64,000 bases of DNA from positions 16,864,001-16,928,000 of the forward strand of contig NC_092674.1 in NCBI RefSeq assembly GCF_964355755.1, given 5' to 3'. Made by a program: the position numbers and the translations under genes. This document shows, piece after piece, positions 27,401-42,400 of this stretch. Each line of letters begins with the position of its first letter. Position 1 is the first letter of the stretch. The notes below the pieces were generated by a model that was not told the origin of the DNA, did no database searches, and saw nothing but the letters and a program-made list of their open reading frames with translations. The stretch comes from Antedon mediterranea. Lineage: Eukaryota; Animalia; Echinodermata.

Positions 27401-30400
27401 AAAATTGCGCGTAACTTACGCTGCGCAACTCGAAAATCAAAAAACAAAGTTTCTTGCACATCTACAGATATAGGTCAATCTTATGACAAAGTTATACAAT
27501 CATTTGTTAGCCAGAATTAGAGATATGCGTGCAACAAAATTCGTGGAAAGAAAGAAGAATATAGAAAAAAAAAAAAAAGAAAAAAAAAAAAAAAAAGATC
27601 CTGACAATAACAAGGGGTTATCCGCCAAGTGCGGATAACCAATTATTTCTCTATGTAACACAAAACAGAAAAGAACAAGGTAAAAGAGAAGCAATTCTAT
27701 TTTCTTTTTCATTAAAAATAATTACTTACAGCCTCTGGATTACGTGACTGACCAAGAATCTCCAGCAAGTCATCATTTGACAGAAAGTAAAATCGAGGGA
27801 AAATTTGCCTCTTAGTCTCTAGATACATGTCTAAAGATTTTTGAATCTCTTCTAATTTACCATTCATCTCATTCAAAGTCTCAAGCAGACCTTTAAAATG
27901 GAAAAACAAACACTTTATTAATCAAAGTCGAAGGACAAAAAAAAAACAAAAACCAGAAACCCTTACAATTGTGGGAGGATGGTATTTTACTAAACTATTT
28001 TATGTATACCACAAGATGTATTTTTGGTACGGTACTAAATAAGATTACATGTGTAAGAGTTCAGCGTAGTTCACCGGCAATAGAAGCTAGAGTAAGAGAA
28101 GGTTATTGGTACATTGAAATATATTGTAGATAAAATGCATTGAAATCATATTATAATACTTTAAGATACTGTGATTGATTGATAATCCTATTATACTTAT
28201 ATCTACCATGTTAATTAACTAGTGAACTTATTATTTTATTATTATTTTGGTCATTCATACGTGTGTGCATATCGTATGTATGCTAGCTACAGAACATGGT
28301 GGCGGAATGGGATGTTCCCGTTCTTTCTTGTTGTACTTTATTGTACTGGAACTAGGCCTGAACTAGAATAGTAATATGTCATACTTTAATTGATGATGTT
28401 TAAAATTATTTTTTTTTCTTATTGATTTTTTCAGAATCTTTATTTATTTATTCTTTCTCTAGCATTATTTTGTCGGTCAATTTCAACTAGCTACGTCAAT
28501 TTTTCAGAGTATATTCCTAATGGCCAGGAATCGATGCGATTATCTTTTCACGGTGCGCAATCAAATATTACTCTCTACGCGCGCTTTAACAAAATCATGT
28601 TTGTAATCATATCTTCACAAGCATATATTATAATTAAACCAAATTTGGTAGTCATAAATTTCAGGTCATATAGCAATACAGCGTAGCGCATATAAGGTAT
28701 GCGCTTAAAATTTTCAAAATTTGTTTTCAATGAAATTTCGTTTCAGGCAATTTTAAGCATTTAAAAACTTGCCACTCTTTTTGCCCGATTTCTGTTTTAC
28801 AACCTTTCTTTAGCAATTTCTTCATATTTTATTTGCTTTTCAACCTGAAACCGTGGTATACAAGCACGTTAAAAGTGACAGGTTACGCACATGTAAGTTA
28901 ACAAAATGGAGAAAATATGCTAAATTTAAACATTATTATAGATCGTCAGAATGCTCGGTGAACCCTATTTTTCATATCATTTCATTTTCTTAAAGTGTAT
29001 GTATCATATGTATGATTTATTATGAAATAAAGAAAAAAAAAGTTGATCACGTCATCATTAGGTGGAGGGTCTTTGATCGGATTGTTTTATTCAAGCTCGA
29101 TGTGCAGTGATACCAGCTATTGTATTTGCGCTATCAAGATCCTATCCTTCATATTATAAATAATTAAAGATTCTGACAAAATCAATCAATCTATCTTCTA
29201 AAAATCAATTATCTTTATTTAATTCAATGCATATAACCTATAATTCATCATAGTGACGAATTAAATCTAGTTATTTGTTGTGGTTATTTCTTGACTTGGC
29301 GTTGTGGTTATTTCTTGACTTGGCTTCGTGTGTAAGCCGATCGGGTTGCATTCAACATATGTGTATATGAATGTGAATGGATGATGTTTCAGATACATGT
29401 ATCGAATGAAGTAAAGAACTTGTCTGTAATTTGACTATTTGTATACAGTCTCCTACCACACAATCAAAAAGTAAAGTCATGTTTGCAGTACACCATATGT
29501 TTCTAAAAGGATTTATAGATGGTTTAACATGCAATGATATAATTACAACTTTTTCATCTTTTCTGATTAAGCCAGAACCATATATATAAAGAGTTACGGC
29601 ATTGCGCTCACGGATTTTAGAAAGTCACATGGTAAATTACCGGCCATCTTTGTGTCCAACTATGCCTACTGTATGCAGAGTATATGGAGTTGAGTCATTA
29701 ATACGTTAATACTCACTATTTTTGTCTGATTTCGATTTTACAACCTTTCTTTAATAATTCCGGAATATTTGATTCACTTTTCAACTCGAAATTTTGTTAT
29801 ACGAGCACGTCAAAAGTGACAGGCAACACACATGAAAGTTAACAAAATCGTGAAAATATGCTAAATTTTAAAATTAATATAGATTGTAGAATGCTCGGGA
29901 ACCCCTATTTTGCATCACTTTCTTAAAGTGTATGATTTATTATGAAAATAATAGAAAACAAGTTGATTACGTCACCATTAATTGCAATAATTTCGACAAT
30001 CAAATAAACTATGACATTTTCTTGGACCGAAATAACAAACTTAACATTAATCTTCTTTAAAATGTTCATATATTAACGTTGGAAGTATATACTTTGACAT
30101 TGCATCATTTTTGTTAAAATTACTTGTATGTTATTATGTTGTTGATGCAGTTTTAAAGGCCAGTTGTCGTTTTTTAAACGCATTTTGATACAAATTGATG
30201 GCAGCATAGAGATATTCATAGAGATATTATAGTGATATAATATCTCTATGATGGCAGTAAGCATGACGGAATGTTAGGCAATGTCCGTTGCTGTCGCAAC
30301 CCCTGGACCACTTGTTGTCGAATAAAGAAATGAAATGAAAAATGAAATAAAGTGTAAAGGAAATTCTAACAGAAAGTATGCAAATATTGGTGTCACAAAA

Positions 30401-33400
30401 TCTCCATTGTTCAATAAAAACTAACTTAATAAACTGTATACAATAGTACCTTCATGATGCGTTCCTCTATGTGCATTTTTGTCTTTGTTTAATCTCTGCA
30501 TAATTAACTTCCAGTTGATGTTAACAGAATCAAATTCTGCAGACTCCCTGGGAAGCTGTTTTCGTATGTCCTCGCCCAGGAAAATATTCTGGGTTAAAAA
30601 TATTAAAATAGTATATTTAATGTAAGAGTGGAAAACAGGGGCCAACAAAACTTCAATCCTCAACGTCCTAATCAAACCTACTTTAACTTATAGCGGGCTG
30701 CAAAACTGTCAACTCACAAGATTTCAAGTTCTCCAGATCTAATATTATTTTCACCCGATTTTATTACACCTGATATTACTGATTTTACAAATTTCCAGCA
30801 AGATACTCCAAACTAAAAAACCAGCAAAGAGACATATGGAACAATATCGTATTTCAAAACTGTTATTAAATCTATGTTTCGCAGAACGTCAAAGATTGAA
30901 AGGTAGGTACCCAAGATGGTTATTTCTACAAAATATATAGATATCAAATGTACCTCCAGATACATCCACTGTCGCTGGACAGTTAACAAGAGCTCAATGA
31001 CTTCAAGAATATGTGACAGAGTCCTTTCCCAGTGATCCACATCTTTTTCAAACGCCTTCACATATCGTGATGCTTTCATAGTTGACAAGGTTACTTGATT
31101 GTCTTCCAAGACTTGAAATACTTCATCTGTAGATCTTTTTTTTTTAAATATAAAATTGTATTGGATTTGAGCCATGACTGAGCACAGAATTATAAATATT
31201 TTTGTGAAAGTATTTACATTACTTTTTACTATTTAGTTTATTTTATTTTTTAATATTATATTTAAGATCCATAAAATTAATTATCCACTATGTGTTGCTC
31301 AACTTGACTTAATGTGTTTTAATGACCATGTAATATTCTAAATAAAATGAATTTGCAAAAAAATGCATACTTAATTTTGAAGTGCCCCCTATCTTTATAT
31401 GGTCCAATCTCAAGCACTGTTTGATCCCAGGTTTCCATAATCTGTGAAAGTGTCTCCTCAATATTCAGTTCTTTAGTAGCAGCAGCAGATATCTCTGATA
31501 CTTTTTCAGCATGTTGATCAAAGCCAAGATCTATGATCTTCTCAAGAGTAAAATCTGTTGATGTGTGATCAAATGTCTTTTGCAATTCTTGCTGAAGTTC
31601 ACCCCAATGGCGTTGGCGCATAGCACTGTTGTGGAGATCTGTGACCAATGGCATTGTTCGTCGGAATTGATCTACTTTGACCCTAGAAGTCTCTACAATT
31701 TCCCAGTTTTTATCCTATTTGAAAAGAAGAAATTATTGTATTATTAAATTAATTACTATTAGAGCAATAGAGCACTGTCTCTATTTGGATATTTCATATT
31801 ATTATCTACAGTATATTATAAGTTTGTACGTTTATTTGTTTGTTCGTTATACAAATTTGTGTTACTTCATGTATCTATACATATGGGGTATCAAAATGAC
31901 CGCAATCTATAATTGAACATCATCGGCCATCTTGGATCCACGTTAGGGGCTAAAATGGGGTCAAAATTCCCCACTTTTCCCCACTTTCGATGTTTGTTCG
32001 TTATACAAATTTATGTTTCTGCACGTAACCATACATATTATGGAGTATCAAAATGACCGCAATTTTACCGGAAAGGTTCTAAACTATATTTTAAAAATTC
32101 CTTGAGTCCGGGGGTTTGGAAGGGGGAGTTGGGTTAAGTAGTCCAGTCCCTAAGGGGAGAAAAAGAGGTGGGATGTTACCAGACTGGATACAAATTATTC
32201 AATATAGCAGTTTGGTAGAATATAGTGTGGATATGCCAAAACAAAGTTACTGGAAATCTGATTTGACCTGTGACCTTTGACCTCAATTTTTATATTTTTC
32301 TATTATATAACTAAAAATCGAATGGACATTTTACATAAATTTTTTTGTCGAAATGCTTGGAAGATATATATTTATATTCGCTACAATGAAAGAAATTGTA
32401 AAAAAATGGCCGCAAAGGCTTTATTTTTCAGTTTGACCTTTGACCTTGATCGTCTAATATCTCAATAACGTGCAATCTCAGAGATTTAAGAATGGGCTCA
32501 AAATTTTAAGAAAATAAATCTAATATTTAGTCTAATAGAAACTTTTTTTCAAAAAATTACCATAAATTAAGCTTTTTTGACCCTTGACCTCTAATATTTG
32601 AATATGTTGATATCTCGGTAACTATTTGTCCTAAAAAGTTCAGTTTGATGTCAAATTGTTCAGAATATACACATTTATATTTGCTCTAACAACATATTTT
32701 GTCATAATTCAATTGGAAATGTCAATTTGAGCTATGACCCATCGTTTTGCATATATTTAGCAACTAATAATCTATAAAAAGAGAGCGAGAGAGGGCAGGT
32801 GGTTGGGGTGGAGAGACACATATTTTTTACATGTTTGTTACACAAATGTTAAACTCTGTCTACACTATCAAACTTTATGTGACAAAAAATGTGATGTGTA
32901 ATGTAATGTAATGCGACATTTATATAGCACTATTTCATGAAGATCAGAGCGCTGTGGACTTAGATGTTACACCTTTTCAACAACATTCTTCTCCCCTAAG
33001 GGTTACACCGTGTCATCGGCAGCCAACTACGGCGCTATTACGTCTGTCCATGACAGTGTGTGTGTGTGTGTGAACTAGTACACCGGGGTAACCCCCTACT
33101 TGTCTCGAAAGATGTACTAGGTTCTTTAAAGTGCACACGGAAAATGTGCATGCACTGGACCTATGGTTTATAGTCCTTATCCGAGAAGACTTGTTCCACC
33201 ACCAGAACCATGGAGCGAGTGAGCCTCGAACCCTTGCCGATGTTATGGCTATGGATTACGGTTCCGCTGTCTTAACCGCTTGGCCACTCACTCACCCATA
33301 TATGGACACGATGACATCATATCACTACCATATTTGGGCACATCACACCTTTTTTGTTAAACTAGTTTGATAGTATAGACAAACGCTTTTCCAATGCTAC

Positions 33401-36400
33401 ATGCATGCATCTATACACATCAAAATGGCTGGAATTGTACTGGAAAGTTTTAAGCTACATTTGAAAATAAGTTCCAGAGGATGATTGTATTGTAATGTTA
33501 TCAGAATAATGGCAATTGTTTGTAATGGGAAAGTTTCAAAACTACATTTGAAATATTTGCTAATAAGATCACATGCTATTAAAGATATAATTATTGTCCC
33601 CCTGACAAAGTAATTTTTACAAATATTTTTGTTGAATATGCAATTTTAATGTCACGTATAGTTATTCACTTTCACCAAAAATTGGATCGAAAAAAAATGA
33701 TATAGTGCATACCCAAAAAAACTGTAATTCAAAGCAAAAAATAGGCTGGAAGTCAATGTGGTTTTGGTTAAATTAACCATTTATTTTGTCTTTTTATAAG
33801 TGATATTTAGTGTATTTTTTAGATTAGCTGTTTGATTAAACACCTCTTCCAATGCAGTAAAGATCTTAGTGTCTCCTTGTCTTACTAATCTTCCTTAACT
33901 TCTCTTAGAGTGATCGTAATTAGATCGAAAAAAAAAATTATTTACCTGAAAAACTGTAATTTAAAGCAAAAAATGGTCAAATTGGCTGCCAGCGAATGGA
34001 TTTTTGGTTGAATGTAACCATTTATTACGTTATTTTATAAGTGAAAACATTGTTTTTTTTCTTCTACGGAAGTGATTAACTTTATTAAAACTACAAAATA
34101 ACCTATTCAAATTCTGATTTAATTAACCTTCATTTTTTCATGGGGGACAATACATGTTTAACTTGTTTTGTGCCAACCATAATTTAAATCTTTGGACCTA
34201 CTTTACCTTTTATGACATGCACAGGCTGTACAGAAAATAATCTTAATTAGTGGTCTTTAACGAAGGTCGTTAAAAAGAAGACAAGTACATGCGCGATCAA
34301 AACCTCAAACTGAATCTCAAATCCCAACCATCCTATCATAAAACAGTTACCCAACTAATATTTTCCCCCGTACAATATTCAATGGTGGACACATTTCAAT
34401 ACGTGGCTCAGACATTATTAAACGGGCCGGACAGCATTCAATTGTTGAAAACCGCCCGTGAACCGTTGAAAAATGCAACTGGGCACTATTCAATGCTTAA
34501 AAGTGTCCGGACACTTTTGAATGCCGGACACATTTCAATCTTACACCGGCAACACATTTTTGGTCTGAGAAAAAAAACTTTTGCTACTGATTTACCCATT
34601 TTTGGGATTTACCCAAAATGTGGCCAACACATTTTTTTTTTTGGCCTTACCTGGCTTTTAACTACTAATGAGGCCTTTCCTTGTTACAATTACATCAATG
34701 CTGAAAATGTTAAATATACCTTAAGTTCTCTGTTTAAACGGTTGAGTTTCTTGTAAAGAACACCAGCTGTTTGTTCCATCTCTGTAGTGACAAGTTCACT
34801 GAATTTTCCAACTTTCCATGAACTCCATAGCAATTCCCACTCTTTGGTTAGTTGCCAAATAGTTGCAATATTATCAAGGTCCTAAACATTTGAAAAATTA
34901 TTAAATTAAAATTGCACTGATACAGTTTAATATAGTTGACATAGTGACTAAAAAACAGTGCATTAGTCTATGAAGAGTGCCACGAGAAGTGAAGATGTTA
35001 TGATACACTTAAGTGTATCTTTGCCAATTGGTTAATTAATTATCATCTTAATTATTATCCTCCTTTGGTTTGGCTACTATCAGGCTCTTGACTCTTACTG
35101 GTTTACCCGAACTCTCTGAACGTTGCGACAGAATTTGTAAAAATTACTTTATAAAACTAAAACACCAAACGGCATATCAAATACTCTCTCAGAAATGTAA
35201 ACCAGTTACCAACCTCAAAAATCAAAACTGAGAGAGCAAATTTATCACTAAATTTTCAAAGAATGGTAGCCTTGGTTACGTCGCTCAGAGAATCTGCCTT
35301 GTTTTCTCATATTTTTATATGTATATTTATTTTTTTCTAGCTGTATTTTTATATTTGTTGTGTTTACATTAATTGTGTTTTTCTGTTTTTATAATGATAG
35401 CTTATTATATTTTTACTGTACTGTTAAACTTAAATTTGCTAATTCAAGTTGCAATAAAGAATATGATTATGATTTTAAATTTCTTATATTTTTATATTGA
35501 ATTACTACTAGCAGTAACCCGTGCTCCGCACGGTCTTGTTCTGCCTTAATATGTAGTATACTTTGTATGGGCAAGTATAATAAAAGCGCACTCTGATAAA
35601 AGTACGTACAAATTATTAAAATAAAAACAAATTATATCAGGAATAAAATTAGAAACTACTGCCATTGATTTGTTATACACTATCCCTTCACTTTATAATA
35701 TATGTAGGCTAAAAAATTAAAGCAATAGTGGATATGGAAATTTAGACTTTACGTTTGACTGTTCAGACTTTACGAAAATAAAGACTCTAAAGAAAAATTG
35801 TGCTGTGTGAATTAGATGATGTGCACAAACACTAACAATAGTATAAAATACCATACTATAATTATTTTTTTTTTTTTTTCATGGTGTATTAATTATTTGA
35901 TACATATAGATAAAATAAAAAAGTTTAACATAAATCGATTGAAAAATACATTGCTGTGGAAACATGAATTGTTAAGTTGTTTTAATGTTCAACAATATAT
36001 AAAGCCATTTGGAATCGTTTTCTTTGTGTGTGTTCATTTTTATTCATTTACAATTTATTTTTATTTCAATGGTTTTGATATTTTACAAATTTTTTGTGTG
36101 GAAGATTGTTAGTTATTTGCTATAACTTCTGTAATTAAATTGTGATCTATAGCAGTAACCCGTGCTCCACACGGTCTTGTCTGCCTTAATAATAATTTGC
36201 GCAGGATGAGTAAGTATAAAAACGCAATACTGGATATGGGATATGAAAGTGACAATGTGCATGAGAGGTGCACGTTTGAGGTATGTCAATCAGTCAGCAG
36301 ATTAAAACATTTTAATGATTGTGGTCTAGTTTTGATTTTTAGCTTTAACCGGTGATACTTAATAATTACACATGTCGCGGATTGAACTTGAACGTACTAA

Positions 36401-39400
36401 ACATTGATTATCAATGGCCACAGCGTTTTACTCACTGAGCCAAACCGTGATTTACGGTCATTCTGTTCAAAGAATAGGTGTGATTAATTAAAACTTCAAT
36501 GACGCGATCATTTGATACGGTTGCCTAAAGACTGTTTTTATAGCGGCCCGGCCATGGCAGTACACAACAGAGGATGTTGCGTAGTTTATTCAGTGACGTA
36601 ACATGATCGCTGAGATGGAAATAAGTTATAGAATAATAAAACTACAGCTGCTTACAGATACCAAAAGTGTCCGAAATTAAATGTTGCGCTCAGACTTTTT
36701 TTGGTTGTTGATATTTTGTGGAAACACGACACCCATTTGGATTCGTTTTATTTGTGTGTGTGTGTTTTTTTTAGATCATTTACATTTTTTCCCATGGTTT
36801 TTTTATATTTTGCAATTTTTTTGTGTGTGAGGTTTCGTATCTTTTTTGCTAGTTCTGTAATTACATTGTGGACTAGTTTTTATTTTTAGCTTCAACCGGT
36901 GATACTTAATAATTACACATGTCGCGGATTGAACTTGAACGTACTAACCACTGATATCAATGGCCAAGGCATTTTACTCACTGAGCCAAACCGTGATTTA
37001 CAGTCATTCTGTTCAAAGAATCTATATATAAATTGACGTAAGGGCATAGGTGTAATTAAAACTTCAACGACGCGATCATTCGATACGGTTGACTAAGGAC
37101 TGTTTTTATAGCAGCCCGGCATGGTATTTGTAGATCCGGCCATGGCAGTACACAACAGAGGTTGCGTAGTTTATACAGTGACTTAACATGGTCGCTGAGA
37201 CGTTAAAGTGACATAGCCTATCATGTGCGGCCCATCAATAAACATCAGTGTCTATGAATAGGGGTGCAAGGAATTTAAAGCGTTAGCATTCGTTATTGAA
37301 CACCCAGTGGCGGATCTAGGGTGTGAATAGGGACCCCCCACCCCTTAATTCTCAAAAAGAGAAGAAAAAAAGATGCAACATACCCGCGGCCGTCTCCAGA
37401 CGTGGATTCGACGCACCTGACTTTTTTTAATAAAGAAGAGGTTTAGGCCTAGAGCTAGGGTTAGCATTAGTTGTGTAAATAGGCCTACATAGTGAAAGAG
37501 CTAAGAGTTTAATTACTATTTATGAATTCAAGAGTTTAAAAAGAATTAGTTATTTTCAAAACACACGCACTCCTTCTACTACCAGTGTCACGTTGTCTAG
37601 CTCGCGCCTCATGTGAATGCTAACGTCATCACTCTCCAAAAACACACCATTTTCCATTTCAGTTAATTACCGCCTTGGTCCTCCGTCTTGTGTGCAAGCG
37701 TTAGCGTGGTATATTTACACCTCTAAGTGGAGTGTAATATCGTTTCTCCCGCTATGAGGGTTTTTTATATAATAATGGTATGCAGTATAAATGATAAAAA
37801 TAAACAAGAAACATGGTGTTCTTTTATTATTTCATAGGCATAAAATAAACATGAAATGTCTTGTATGTACACGGCCGAAAAAAAGTGTGTGGCGTATTTG
37901 GCGTTTTATTGATTTGTGTTATAGACATGGCGATTACTGCAATCTTTGTATACTGAATTACATTGAGTTATTCACCCGGCTGTAGGGTATATATCTGAGG
38001 TTAACAGACCACCAAAACACAGTACACAACACATGCACTATCGAGGCATTTTCCGAGTACCGCATTAGCAAATGTTCATTTCGTTGGAAGTGTTTTTCGA
38101 TCAAAGTTTATTATTAGTTAGTCGAAAAAGATCCGTACAGCATTTAGGAAGGATTTATTTAAATTTACATTTGTTATTAAATGTGATGGAAACAGTTGTT
38201 CTAGCCTATTAAACAGTGTGTAAGCATCTATTTTTTCAAAATTGTCTGAGGCTCGGGAGGGGGACATCCCCTCCTAAACCCACCCACGCTCGGTGTTACG
38301 CACCTTGTTTTCCACTTTCGTGGCCACCCCCCCTCGTCAGATCCTAGAACCGCCACTGACACATATGTTACACATGTAGATAGGAGAATCATACATTCTT
38401 GTAATAACTACTCATGGGTACGAGTCATCTAAACCAAAACACTCATAACTAAAGGAAGGTTGATATTATATACCTTATCAAGTTGTAGTATTTCTTTTGA
38501 AGGAGGTTGATCAATTTTGAAGATATTCAAACCTCTTCTTAGTGTGGCCTCAGTGTCCTTCAATACCTTTAGCTGTGCACGTATATTTTCAATTTGTTCT
38601 AAAGATGTATTACATTCAATTTGACTATTGAACGGACCTATGATAACACAAATTGCAAATAGAATTAGAATTCTAAAATTAAAAATGCCATTTATACACG
38701 CAGAAAATATAAATCAGTTCATTTGTAAGAAATGTTTACTTTTATTGAAACTACAAAATTATTATAAATTTCTAAAGTAAAACATGTACTCCATAATGTA
38801 TTAATCTTTCTTGACAGCACAATAACTTAAAGTAAAATACAATGTCTAATTGTGAGGAAGATGTTTCTGTAAAACTGTACAAAGGTGAATTAATTACAAA
38901 CAATGGAGACATACTAACTGCCACCCACTACCAATACCATCCAATTTTTTGCATCAGATTCTTGAAAGTAGTGACAATATTAGTTGTTTGAAATGTCTTA
39001 AATTCCAGAACTATCATTCCATTGTTGCAATTGATTTGTATTCATACCATAACCACAATCAAATAAAACCTAAAACTTAAACCAACTCAATTTACCTACC
39101 ATTGTTATGGAAATCTTCTTGAAGAAGGTGTACATTTTTTTTAAATTCTTCTGAAGAATGGATTAGTCCAGATTTAAATTTCTCTTTATGTTTCTTCAGC
39201 ATGACATCGCTACTAATTAGGCAATGTTGAAATTCCATCCACTCAGAACCCAGAGAATCAAGCATTTCTTGTGTCTAACAAAATTAGTAAAAATAAAGTG
39301 AATTCCATACAATGAATAAACTATAATGATAGTACAGTACTTTATAGATAATTTAACTTCAATTCTTGCATTATATGCGAACAAGTCGAAAATGCCCATG

Positions 39401-42400
39401 CTTCACTTCCAGCACCAATGTCATTGGGGATACCAATGGCTATGCTTTATTTTAAAATATAGTAATTTTAAGCACGGAGCTACCCTAAGAGTGGTAAAGG
39501 TACTCAAAATTGTTTACCAACGTCTAAATGTTAAATATAAAATATCTGCATAAATTATTTATATGTTAATTTGCTAAATTAAACATTACATTATCGTTAA
39601 ATATATTTAAATAACAGTATGGTATAAATTCAAATATACGTTTTTCATAAATATTATTACTCTAGTAGCTAGATCAACTTTCATGTGCACTTTGAGGTTT
39701 CAGAGAACTTTTGACTTAGGGAAATTGGTTTAGGGCTTAATTACACATTTTAAAAAAGGGGCAAAAGGTCAGGGTGAAAGGTTATAAGAGCAAACGCCAA
39801 TAGGTCCTTAAATCTTGACAACCACTGGTCACAGCGATTTGGTCTCAAATCAGAAGGTATACATTTATGTTCAGTCTAATGGGACATTTTAGTCAAAAAT
39901 GCATGGAAATGGCATTTCTAACCTTTGACCAACAACCCAGGGCATGTATGTATCTCCTGTATCTAAACTACTGGTCATAGACACTTGAATTTGATCTTAA
40001 ATTGTTTGAAATATACATTTTGTTATTTGTTACACATTTTGAAATATTGTTACAAAAGGTCAAGGGTTGTATGAACAAACACAAATAGGTAGGCAACCAC
40101 TGGTCACAGCAAGTCAATTTTGGTCTCAAATGTTCAATGTATATTTCGAACAATTTGATACAAAATTTAAGTTTCTACGACCAGTACTTACAAAGATATG
40201 AAGATGCCCTGGTATGTGGGTCAAATGTCAGAAATGGCATTTCTGATCATTTTTGACTAAAATGCCCCATTAGACTGAATTTGATCTAGTAGAGAATATA
40301 TAAATCTTTGATGCCAAAATAAAAATATTTGCAATATATATCAATGCACTGTACAAACATCAATACTTGATACATTAACCAATTCTGGTCACTGTATTAC
40401 AGTATGAAATTATATCACATTACTTAGAGTACAAGATGTCAGGTCGGTCTATCTGTGAGAAATCATATTTTAAATAAATACTGTAAAACAATGTGTTGAG
40501 GTGATTACCTGTTCTGGAACGGAAACTTCATATTTTTCAAGAATTGCAAACTCATCATGTAATGGACTAAATTGAGACTCAATCTCTCGTTGTTCATTCT
40601 GTAGCTTTTCAAGTAAATCTAAGCTGTCACCAAGTTCATCCAACGTTTGAGGAGGCTTACTTAGCCTGGAAGAATATTAGTAAAAACCCAAATGCCTTAA
40701 TTAAATTACCAACAACATTGTTATACAGTACTAACAAATTATTGTTAATTATAACACACATGAATTTATCCTTGACATTTGATTGGTTTTCCAACCGACG
40801 TTGAGTTGTGTTGAGTTTTAAACTTGATAAAGTTGAGAATAAATGATGATCAAGCCGGACTGCTAATAACATAAATTCATTAATTCGACCTTGGTTTAGC
40901 ATCCTCTCTCAAGTGGACATGCAAAAGTGCAACAACAAAAAAATGAAGACAAAACTTTAAAATTACATTGTCATTTTTTATTATAATTTAATTTGACTTA
41001 CATTTCTTATTTCAAAGACCATCAGACCTTAAAAGTTTACAAATAGGTGAAAAAGATTGCTGCGTTATGAAAATTCAAGGAGCATCAGCGGTTATACATT
41101 TTGTTCACAAACTACAATGTCATAACTTGTGAACCATTTGATTGGTTTCCTGTCAATCACATTTCAGTGATCTGAACTAAGTCGATAAAAAGCCTGTTAA
41201 ATTGTTGAACCTGGTGAACTCAACATCGACTGGAAAATACTTGTGTTGTCTTTCGATTGTGGTTAACTACCTGGTACAGGCGCCGCTGTGAGTTCAGTAC
41301 AGCTAGCGTTATAGTATAAAACATATTGTATGCTCATAGTATATATAGATATATGTGTATGTTATCATATAAAACATACACAGTATAAAAAGTATTAGGC
41401 AAATCATAATCAGTTATTTACAAAGACTGTACTTGTAATTGTATTGCATTTAAGCCATTTTAAGATTGGAAATTGGAATTAGGTACTTTTACTGACTGAA
41501 CTCACTCTTCCCTGGTAATACCTTCTAACTAGAGCAGGTTCTGGAATGTCTGTACTGAACGGATGGTTCCTGAATATTTAAATTAGGCGAATACGCCCTC
41601 CTAAATCCTAAACCCTCTCTTGAAATTTTCAAACTCCCCTTCAGCTACAAGGCCCCTCATTTCTACAATGATCTTCCTCTATCTATCCGCAATTCCTTAT
41701 CCTTTTCCTCTTTCAAAACTAGACTTATGACTTTTCTCAAAACTATGTAATCCCTTTCCAGATTTGAAATTGTAAAATATTAGCTCTAAATATTTATATT
41801 TTTGCTTAATTTAACATATCAGTTATTTTCTATATTCCAAATTTTCTTATTATTCAGATTTTTATTCTTATGTAATTAATTTGATTTTTTTGGTTTTTGT
41901 TTTTCTTTCACTTTTCTGTTTTTGTTGTATTTTGTGTATTGTATCTGTTCTGAGGGTCCCAAATGATCAGCAACTGCTGGATGGATCACCCTCATTAAAT
42001 ATGGTTAAAATAAAAAATAAATAAAATAAAACAAGCTCCATCAAGCCGATATTTGATGTACCACATCCAATTATTTCACAGCATGATATAGTACGTACCA
42101 AATGGTACAGGCACAGGCATTTCTTCAAGATGGAATGCCATTGCCAAAGACATTTTACTCATGAACAAGCTGTGCAAGCTGATTATCTTTCCTAGTATAT
42201 ACATTATATACCTTTGCGCTATGACTACGAGCAGTGGATATGAATGGTATTATGAGACTTATGAGACAATCCTTTAACCAAGTGTCTGGCGCGCTTGAAG
42301 AAATTTGATCATTTCATAATGATCATTTTGACTGTGTTTTAAACATGACATTCTTTTGTTAAAAATTGACTGGTCGAACAGGTATTATTATAGATCCACC

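Noticed and set aside
33210-33294. Functional tRNA gene
   Set aside because: It is the head of a SINE and does not fold into a canonical cloverleaf.
34289-34756. 155-aa plus-strand ORF
   Set aside because: Runs through GGACAC..TTCAAT repeat motifs and overlaps a DNAH2 exon antisense; no protein signature.
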